Below are positions 1 through 7,871 of a stretch of 64,000 nt of DNA, piece after piece (the first letter of the stretch is position 1; each line of letters opens with the position of its first letter). The position numbers and the translations under genes are program-made. The stretch comes from Nitrospirota bacterium. Lineage in GTDB: Bacteria; Nitrospirota; UBA9217. Where the stretch lies: positions 1,376,001-1,440,000 of the forward strand of contig CAVVUN010000015.1 in assembly GCA_963751455.1 (NCBI GenBank). Direction: 5' to 3'. The notes beneath the pieces are model-generated. The model saw only the letters and a list, made by a program, of their open reading frames with translations, made no database searches and was not told the DNA's origin.

Positions 1-2393
1 GCGGTTTTGGAGGTGCTGACGGTTACCCCAACAGTTACACCCTCGACACCGCCCTCGCCCTGCAAGCCCTCAAGGCCGCCAATTATTCCGATACGACCGT
101 TATCGGTCAGTCATTGAACTATCTCACTAAAAATCAAAACTCAGACGGTGGGTGGGGATTCAGGTCCGCGACCGACGCTAGCCCTGCTGATGATAGCAAT
201 GCGTACGTAACTGCAATCGTTCTCCGTACGCTTGCATTATACGATTCAACATTCAAAATGACAGATTCAATATTAAGGGCATCGGAGTACCTCATTGCCA
301 AACAAAATGCTGACGGAGGTTTTGGATCTAGTCCTTCCAACATCTATGAAACTGCTCTCTCGATCTTGTCATTAATCGAAAGCGGAAAAGGAAGTAGTTC
401 GATCATTCAGAACGGGATTCAATATTTGACATCGACGCAAGCATCCGACGGTAGCTGGGGTCAGGACCCATATTATACTGCTCTTGCGCTTCAAGCGCTT
501 GCTGCTGCAAGGCCGAATCTTACTATTTCCTCAATTTCACTTTCGAATCCGATGCCGAAAGAGAATGTAGAAACAACCATTTCTGCTACGATAAAGAACG
601 CCGGGTATGATGACGCCTCTAACATTATCGTTCGATTCTTTCTTGGCGACCCGGCAAACGGCGGCATTCAAGTCGGGTCTGATCAAATTATTCCATCTCT
701 TACCCCGAACTCCTCAACTCCTGTCTCCGTAACTGCTTCATTCACCGGTATTGGCGGCAAGACGATATTCGTTGTCGTTGATCCGGACGGTGTTATCTCT
801 GAAACATCTGAATCAGACAACAAATCTTCCGCCCGTGTTTGGATTGCAACCGGACCTGATCTTGCTGTTTATTCCGAAGACCTGAAACCATCCACTTATG
901 TTCCTGTATCAGGAACCGCGTTTACTCTCGGATATAAAGTCCGAAACCTTGGTGAAAGTGCGACAGGAGCATTCACTGTCAGTCTCTACGAAGGCGATCC
1001 TTCGCAATCCGGAGTTCTTTTGCAGACCGTCAATATCTCGGGTCTTGCAGGAACGGAAGTACGCTCAGGATCAATAGGTGTTACCCTTACCGGGAACGGT
1101 TCTCACACGCTTTACCTGACAGCTGACCCCGGAACCCTGATCCCTGAATTATCTGAGACGAACAACACCGGCTCGGTCACTGTCCAGGTAGGAGGCACGC
1201 AGCAGTTTGCGGACCTTATGGTAGGGATGATACAGATTACCCCAGCCCGGCCGACTACTGGTGAGATGGTGCAGATAACCGCGCCGATCCGGAACAAAGG
1301 GTCTGAAGCGGCGTCGTTCTTTACTGTAGAGATATTCGACGGCCTCCCAGATGCCGGAGGCACGCTGATTAACGCGCAAACGATTTCACTTGCGTCTGGC
1401 GCTGAACAGATCATTACCGCGAATTGGGCAATCGCGTCAGGTATTCACGAGCTCTATCTGATCGTGGACCGCTCCAACCAGATCAGCGAGACAAACGAAA
1501 CGAACAATCAAACAACGCTGCGCGTCATGCCTGACATGGTCGACATTTCGATCTCCGCAACAGATTTGACATTTACTCCTGAGCATCCGGTGAACGGGGA
1601 TATTGTGCTTTTGTCAGCCGAACTGCATAATACCGGGATCAAGGACACTGGTGCATTCAACTTTGCACTCTATGACGGAGATCCGGCAGCAGGAGGCACA
1701 CTTTTACAGACCTTCTCCATCGCGAACCTTGCCGGCGACGCAAGCACGACCCTAACCTACAATTTTACCGCTGTTCCCTGGACCTACCGTTTCTATGCAA
1801 TAGCTGATACTGAAAACATTGTCACCGAACTCTACGAGGCAAATAACCAGGCAATCAGCTCGTTAAAGATTAAAGCGCCCGGCGAAATCCTTGGTCCTGA
1901 TAACGTCCCAACAGCGCCGGACCTTACAAGCATGCCCTTCAGCAGCCCGACTTTGACCATCTCCGGTAACGTGAAAACAGCATTCGAAAACACCGGCGAC
2001 ACAAAGATAGCCGATTCCTCCGGCATTATCATCTTCGAGGACAAAAACAACGACGGCAGGTACACGGCAGGAGTGGATACGCTCTTAGGAACAGGCACAT
2101 ATACAATCGCAAAATTCAATGACGATCCCATGTCCGAGTTCGTTCTGCTTATTACCCAGGTTTATTACCATGCACTATATATGAAAGGAAGCGTTTATTT
2201 GATCGAACACGACGGAAAAATAAAATGGGGACCGGTGTATCTGAACGATCTTGCGCCCTATGCCCTGTCCGCGTCATACGACAGTGAGACCATCAAGACC
2301 GGCCTCGATGAAGCCGGTGAGCCGATCATTAACATCCGCATAAACGACAAAGATGTAATTCTGGACAGAGACGGATATCTGAAAAATAAATAG
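1..2393 (+). CDS. Prenyltransferase/squalene-oxidase-repeat + CARDB domain protein, short form (5' partial, copy 1)
   Basis: Frame is open from position 3 (GFGGADGYPNSYTLDTALALQALKAANY...), so the gene starts upstream of the window. QNxDGGWG/QNxDGGFG repeats are followed by four CARDB-type units (PDL/PNL...VDPxxxIxExxExNN). Paralogous to 7872 and 19465. Confidence 0.85.
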   Translation, partial: GFGGADGYPNSYTLDTALALQALKAANYSDTTVIGQSLNYLTKNQNSDGGWGFRSATDASPADDSNAYVTAIVLRTLALYDSTFKMTDSILRASEYLIAKQNADGGFGSSPSNIYETALSILSLIESGKGSSSIIQNGIQYLTSTQASDGSWGQDPYYTALALQALAAARPNLTISSISLSNPMPKENVETTISATIKNAGYDDASNIIVRFFLGDPANGGIQVGSDQIIPSLTPNSSTPVSVTASFTGIGGKTIFVVVDPDGVISETSESDNKSSARVWIATGPDLAVYSEDLKPSTYVPVSGTAFTLGYKVRNLGESATGAFTVSLYEGDPSQSGVLLQTVNISGLAGTEVRSGSIGVTLTGNGSHTLYLTADPGTLIPELSETNNTGSVTVQVGGTQQFADLMVGMIQITPARPTTGEMVQITAPIRNKGSEAASFFTVEIFDGLPDAGGTLINAQTISLASGAEQIITANWAIASGIHELYLIVDRSNQISETNETNNQTTLRVMPDMVDISISATDLTFTPEHPVNGDIVLLSAELHNTGIKDTGAFNFALYDGDPAAGGTLLQTFSIANLAGDASTTLTYNFTAVPWTYRFYAIADTENIVTELYEANNQAISSLKIKAPGEILGPDNVPTAPDLTSMPFSSPTLTISGNVKTAFENTGDTKIADSSGIIIFEDKNNDGRYTAGVDTLLGTGTYTIAKFNDDPMSEFVLLITQVYYHALYMKGSVYLIEHDGKIKWGPVYLNDLAPYALSASYDSETIKTGLDEAGEPIINIRINDKDVILDRDGYLKNK

Positions 2394-2436
2394 AGCCAGA
2401 ATATATGGCATAAGAATAAATTGAGGGAAGAGGGTT

Positions 2437-2889
2437 ATGCCGGAAATCTATCTGCTGAACGCGGAACACCTGATCCAGGATTACCTGGACACCGCGCATG
2501 CTATCGGGCGAGAACCGAACTACACGCATTTTCATACCAGGCACCGCCATTGTCTGAAAGTCCTCGTTCGCGTGTTCGGCAAGCCCGGCTGGAGCAATCT
2601 CCAAAAAGCCGCAGCCGGAAAAAAGTGGAGAGCGGGCCTCCGCAAGCATGGACTGCGCACCGGCGCAGTGGCAGCAGGACCGAGGAGGACATTGAACCCG
2701 GTAAGAACAGAAGGAGAGATACTCGAAGAGATATGGGCGATCTACCGCGCACTTATAGCGGCAAATCAGGCCGGAAAAAAGAAAAAATCATCGAAAGAAC
2801 AGAGAAATGTATGGAAACTGAGTAACAGGCTCAACGACTTGTTCTATGAAACCGGACGCGTTATCTCACTGAAGGAAGCATTTAAATAG
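2437..2889 (+). CDS. Hypothetical basic protein (150 aa)
   Basis: ATG preceded by gagggaagagggtt; K/R-rich; no recognisable domain. Confidence 0.55.
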   Translation: MPEIYLLNAEHLIQDYLDTAHAIGREPNYTHFHTRHRHCLKVLVRVFGKPGWSNLQKAAAGKKWRAGLRKHGLRTGAVAAGPRRTLNPVRTEGEILEEIWAIYRALIAANQAGKKKKSSKEQRNVWKLSNRLNDLFYETGRVISLKEAFK

Positions 2890-2928
2890 AAAACTATCAA
2901 AAGAACCGGCGAGAACAAAATGGAAGGA

Positions 2929-3276
2929 TCATACTTTCTGAAATGTTTTGCTTAACAATTTCAGAGCTTGCTTGATGAGGCGCAAATCGGGCTTTGATAA
3001 TTTTGCTAACGGATTTTTCTCTTTAACAGAAATACGCTTGATTTGCGGCTTTGCCTTGGAAAAGAAGCTACCCAGCTGCACTCCCAGTGCAGAGGCAATT
3101 TTTACTATGGAATCGAGGCTCACATTGACCCGGCCGCGTTCCAGTTCGCCGATAAATTTATAATTCAAGGAGGCCTTTTCGCCAAGCTCTTCCTGCGTGA
3201 TCCCGGCGGCATTCCTGAGTTCCCGTATCCGCTCGCCGATTATTTTTCGCGTGGCCTTGATCTTACCGATCTTCAT
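2929..3276 (-). CDS. XRE/Cro-C1 family helix-turn-helix transcriptional regulator
   Basis: IGERIRELRNAAGITQEELGEKASLNYKFIGELERGRVNVSLDSIVKIASAL is a typical HTH_3. ATG at 3276 chosen; divergent from 3741. Confidence 0.9.
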   Translation of the reverse strand: MKIGKIKATRKIIGERIRELRNAAGITQEELGEKASLNYKFIGELERGRVNVSLDSIVKIASALGVQLGSFFSKAKPQIKRISVKEKNPLAKLSKPDLRLIKQALKLLSKTFQKV

Positions 3277-3496
3277 GAAGCTGATTATAGGCAATCCGTG
3301 AAAAACAATAAACCATGCATATAAGGTCAATATTGAATACGATATAGCCGTATATGTAGGGTATTAATCAAACTCTAGTTTGAAGCGGGAGCGCCGTTAT
3401 TAAGCATCATGGGTTTACGCATTAAACAAAAGAAAAGACAATAGTTTGATTTTATTACTATTTATATTTTTTCTGAGTTGCGCCGTTTAAATGTTA

Positions 3497-3545
3497 CTAA
3501 AGTTGTAATTTTACGTTGACACGAAAAAGACTTTTATGCTTAAAT
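3497..3545 (+). promoter_or_regulatory. Conserved upstream motif / putative promoter of transglutaminase-like carrier 1
   Basis: ctaaagttgtaattttacgttgaca...acttttat closely matches 12207-12254 upstream of carrier 2; contains TTGACA. Confidence 0.55.
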
Positions 3546-3740
3546 GAATATGTATTTCCATCCGCCTTTCAGCTTTATCTTTCTTCTTGCGCGTTTAGCT
3601 CGTAAAAAACTTAACCGTTCAACTTCAAAGGGTCGCAGTTAGATCAGTATCCTGTTCGTATTATTGCTGCAAACAAAGAAACGCGAACCAAAGTTCGCGG
3701 CTGCCTATAGGCTTTAAAACCTGAACACAGGAGAGCAATT

Positions 3741-6700
3741 ATGCGCGTCTATACTTTCGGCTTCCGAATTACGGTCTGGGCTGTACTCTCGCTATTTTTA
3801 TGGTGCTATGGGCCTTTGTTCCAGATACAAATGGCCTGGGCCGCTTCGCCGGAGCCGCGTAAGACGCCGCAAGCGCAGAACGAAAAGCCGAAACCGGCAT
3901 CGGCATCGGAACGATTTCAGGCCGCGCTTGAGGATATCCGCGAGTCAGCCGGTAAAGCAGGTGACAGGGTCGCGAAAAACGAGGACACCTCATCGGAACT
4001 CGAGACTATAAAGACAAAGCGGACGGAACTCGATTCTCTTCGGGCTGAACTCAAAAAAGAATTCGATAGTACAGGCAAACGTCTCAGGGACGGGAAGCTT
4101 CCAAGCGAAATCATATCCCGCCACGAAAAATTCGTCGAGAATTTTGAACGCAATTACAAGGAACTGCAGGATGCGCTCAGTGCAGTAGAGCAGGCGAAAA
4201 AGAAAGAAGAGAAGCAGCGAGCATACCAAAAAGCAAAAGCATTCCTGGAAAAGACCAGGCCGCAGCGGAAAAATATTCCTCTCGATCCGAGTCGCTTGCC
4301 GCATCGCGCTATCAAGGCAAAACCAAAAGCCCCGCGATTGACCGCCGAAGAGTATCAGCGCGATTTTCCGAAGCAAAAGTTGCGGAGCAAACAGAAGGTT
4401 GCGGAAACCCGCTTATTGCCAGATCTCTTGGCAAGCAAACAACAACCTAAACCGGTTCTCTTGGCTTTCAATGAAACCGCCAGCGATATTACTTTTTCAG
4501 TCGGCTCTGACGCAATCACCCTGCAGCCCGATCTTTCCGTCACTGCATTCGAACCGCTGCTGCTCGCGCAAGCCGCGTCTAACCTTCCGACGCCGGAGGA
4601 TCTCGCCTCCACCCCCGAGATAAATTCCGATTCGCCGCTCATTCGCGCCAAGGCAGAGGAACTGGGCTGTGCGCCTGCACGCCTGTACACTTGGACCAGG
4701 AACACCATAGAATTCGTACCCACCTACGGCTCAATTCAAGGGGCCGAGATGTGCCTTCAGACAAAGCAATGCAATTCCATCGATACAAATTCTTTATTGG
4801 CCGCGTTAATGCGTTCATGCAATATCCCCGCGCGCCTGAATATCGGAACAATCGAGGTCCCGATTGAGAAACTGATGAATTGGGCGGGTGGATTTAGTGA
4901 CCCGACCGCAGCTTTGAATTATCTTGCCAGCGGCGGAATACCCGTCACCGGGTTGCGGTCGGGCGGCAAAATATACGCGGCGAGACTCGAAACCGCATGG
5001 CTCCGCGTTTTCGTCGACTATATCCCGTCACGAGGGGCTGTACATAAAGAAGGCGACACTTTCATCCCCCTTGACGCCAGTTTTAAACAATATACCTACA
5101 AAACAGGTCTCGATGTTCAGCAAATAACAGGCTTTGACCCTTCCGCTTTTGCGAATTCCTTAATAAACAGCGGTGTCACCGACCCTGCCACTGGGTCGAT
5201 CACAGGAATAAACGCTACCTTCATTCAAACGCAGATTGACGCAGCCAAAACTTTACTCGAAACACATATAGAAACATTACAAGATCCTACCGTTGGCGAT
5301 ATCATAGGCGCCAAAAATATTATACAGGAAGATCTTGAGCTTCTTCCCGCGAGCCTTCCCTATAAGACCATTCTAACAGGCTCGGAATTCGCTGACATTC
5401 CCGATTCTCTTCGGTATAAAGTCGGGATATCGATATACGATCCACAGACAATGGCACAATCGATGAGTGTCACTTATTCAACCGCGTACTTGGCGGGCAA
5501 ACGGATAACTTTAGCGTACATGCCTGCCACACAGACAGATGCACAGACTTTAGAAACTTATGGATATTACAACACCAAGCCATATCTCGTAAATCTCAAG
5601 CCTGTTCTCAAGATAGATGGTATCACGGTCAACAGCGGTGGCAATACAGGCATGGGTATGATGCAGGACCTGACTGTTACGTTTATACCTCCCAATGGTT
5701 CAACGGATATGGTTACTCACAAGATACCTGCATCAACATACGCCTCGCTCGGGCTCGACTTGCAAAGAGTATCTAAAAGTCTTCTTGACAACAGGAATGC
5801 GCAGCTCAGCGCCGCTGTAAACCTGCTCGGACAGCAAGACGTTGCCGTGGATGATATCCTCGGTGAGACTCTTAATCTGCACAATCTTGGTTATTTTTCT
5901 CAGGTAGAGACCACAAACCGAATGCTCGCGACAGGCAAGGTAGCATACTCAAAACAACCTGCCGAGATGCTCACAACCTTGGCGCCGACCATTTCGTATC
6001 TCTACGGAGTCCCGTACAGCATCGGCTCTATCGGAACCAATATAGATGTTAAACGCTATCCCATGAATGTGATCTCGCTACAGGGTAACATGAATGACGA
6101 AATAGCTTTTATGACCGCGTCCGGAACAAGCGGGTCTGCATATGAACATACGATTATTGAAGAACTTCATCAAGATGCGCAGGGCGTCTCTGCGGTAAAG
6201 ATTATTAGCATCGCAAATCAACAGGGCATCCCAATATATACAATAGATTCCAGTAACAGCGCGACGGTACTGCCAAGACTGCGGATATCCTCGGAAACCA
6301 TGTCAAATATTCAGAATGCGATTGCCGCTGGAATGCGGGTCATTATTCCTGAACAATCAATTCAATATTTTGATTGGCACGGTGAGGGGTTCATTGTCAC
6401 TGATCCCTCCAGTGGTGCTGCTGCATATATGCTTTCAGGCGGATTGGCAGGGGGTGGAACTTCTTCACAGCTTGACCAATTGAGCAGTTTTTTTAGTGAC
6501 ATGCTGAAAAACTTTGCTTTCGATTTCACTAAAGCGCTAATCACTTTTCTTTTCAAGGCAGGCGCCGGAGTAGCTTCAAAGTTGGCAAGCATAGCCGGGT
6601 ATATTACTATGGGTCTTTCCGCAATTAAGACATATAATGATATGTTTGACGCTACAGGAGGAGATTCATTGAAGGCCAAATCTGCAGCTGTTCTTGATCT

Positions 6701-6920
6701 CGCTATGAGTGTGATGGCCTCGATATACATTGGGGCTATAATGTTTGCAGCAACAGGATTTGGGGCAGCTGTTGCTGGAATTCTCCTTGTCGCTATAATT
6801 GCAACCCTAATAGAAATGCTTTTCTTGGCATTGATCGAGTATGCAAGCGTCCCAAGTATATCTCGAAAAAAGTACTTTGCTATGATAACGTCACCGTGGA
6901 GGTATTGTTATGCTGCGTAA
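3741..6920 (+). CDS. Secreted transglutaminase-like-core polymorphic toxin candidate 1 (hydrophobic C-terminal tip)
   Basis: Signal peptide ending AWA-A; coiled-coil N-terminus; TGc-like segment (YGSIQGAEMCLQTKQCNSIDTNSLLAALMRSCNIPAR). Homologous to 12549 up to YMLSGGLAGG (6438-6455), then an unrelated hydrophobic tail. Confidence 0.8.
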   Translation: MRVYTFGFRITVWAVLSLFLWCYGPLFQIQMAWAASPEPRKTPQAQNEKPKPASASERFQAALEDIRESAGKAGDRVAKNEDTSSELETIKTKRTELDSLRAELKKEFDSTGKRLRDGKLPSEIISRHEKFVENFERNYKELQDALSAVEQAKKKEEKQRAYQKAKAFLEKTRPQRKNIPLDPSRLPHRAIKAKPKAPRLTAEEYQRDFPKQKLRSKQKVAETRLLPDLLASKQQPKPVLLAFNETASDITFSVGSDAITLQPDLSVTAFEPLLLAQAASNLPTPEDLASTPEINSDSPLIRAKAEELGCAPARLYTWTRNTIEFVPTYGSIQGAEMCLQTKQCNSIDTNSLLAALMRSCNIPARLNIGTIEVPIEKLMNWAGGFSDPTAALNYLASGGIPVTGLRSGGKIYAARLETAWLRVFVDYIPSRGAVHKEGDTFIPLDASFKQYTYKTGLDVQQITGFDPSAFANSLINSGVTDPATGSITGINATFIQTQIDAAKTLLETHIETLQDPTVGDIIGAKNIIQEDLELLPASLPYKTILTGSEFADIPDSLRYKVGISIYDPQTMAQSMSVTYSTAYLAGKRITLAYMPATQTDAQTLETYGYYNTKPYLVNLKPVLKIDGITVNSGGNTGMGMMQDLTVTFIPPNGSTDMVTHKIPASTYASLGLDLQRVSKSLLDNRNAQLSAAVNLLGQQDVAVDDILGETLNLHNLGYFSQVETTNRMLATGKVAYSKQPAEMLTTLAPTISYLYGVPYSIGSIGTNIDVKRYPMNVISLQGNMNDEIAFMTASGTSGSAYEHTIIEELHQDAQGVSAVKIISIANQQGIPIYTIDSSNSATVLPRLRISSETMSNIQNAIAAGMRVIIPEQSIQYFDWHGEGFIVTDPSSGAAAYMLSGGLAGGGTSSQLDQLSSFFSDMLKNFAFDFTKALITFLFKAGAGVASKLASIAGYITMGLSAIKTYNDMFDATGGDSLKAKSAAVLDLAMSVMASIYIGAIMFAATGFGAAVAGILLVAIIATLIEMLFLALIEYASVPSISRKKYFAMITSPWRYCYAA

Positions 6921-7803
6921 TAAAATTTACATTAGGCCTTCTTTTCTTGTAGCCTTATGGTATGTTTTGTTTTTTGTGTCGATAATGATAATGACATTGC
7001 CAATAACTTTTTTTAAGAATATCTATCGTTTTCATCGGCATCCTGGAACATATCTCATGGTAGACGCTGTCAGCTCGGTATTGATCCTCTTCATCGGTTG
7101 GATACTTTGGCGAAAGGCTACTTTTGCCAAAAAAGATCTTGTTGAACTAGCATATGACCTGGGGGTTCGTTTCATAAAAAAAAGAACGAAAATAAGTCTG
7201 CGTTATTATGGAAAATATCGTTTTGCCTATGGATGGTTAGATGACATCCATGTTACTGCACTTATCCTCTCGCCGTTCTTCTCGTATTTTCCAGGAGAAG
7301 GATCAACTGGTTTAGCTTTCTCAAAGCAGCAGGACTCGTCTGTTGCTTCGGAATCTGCGATCAGAAACCGAACAAGATGGGAAAAATTTCAGGCGTACAT
7401 GTTTAGCGGCCGAAAGGGTGGACCGAGCGGACAGGAAAGTCATGCGGAACTATTTGCCCTCATCAAGGGTCCATATAATATTGATGCTGTTATTGAGTTA
7501 GAGGAAGGTAAAGGCAAAATCCCTGCGACAGGCTGCCCGGAGATTGATGAAGCTCTCAAAAAGCATCTTTCGGGTGCGCCTTATTTTAATGCCAGACTGA
7601 TATTCAATAAGGACTGTTTGAGAATGGCTATTATTGGTGGATCATGGGAGGGAAAACGGTTCGGTGACAAGATTCAAAAGGGTTTTGAAATGTTCAAGCA
7701 GATGCACGATGCGCTCAAGACAAAATATCCTGCCGAGCCCTGGGATAAATATCAAGTCAAATGGAATAGATCGGAAGAAACTTTTTATTTGGCAGGTAAG
7801 TGA
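6910..7803 (+). CDS. Membrane protein, putative immunity protein for carrier 1
   Basis: Start overlaps the 3' end of 3741-6920; two N-terminal TM helices; no known domain. Confidence 0.6.
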   Translation: MLRNKIYIRPSFLVALWYVLFFVSIMIMTLPITFFKNIYRFHRHPGTYLMVDAVSSVLILFIGWILWRKATFAKKDLVELAYDLGVRFIKKRTKISLRYYGKYRFAYGWLDDIHVTALILSPFFSYFPGEGSTGLAFSKQQDSSVASESAIRNRTRWEKFQAYMFSGRKGGPSGQESHAELFALIKGPYNIDAVIELEEGKGKIPATGCPEIDEALKKHLSGAPYFNARLIFNKDCLRMAIIGGSWEGKRFGDKIQKGFEMFKQMHDALKTKYPAEPWDKYQVKWNRSEETFYLAGK

Positions 7804-7871
7804 TTGAGTAAATAATATTGCGTTGATTAGCTGGTGCATCTCAATAAAACAAGATTGCCGAGGTATAAGCC

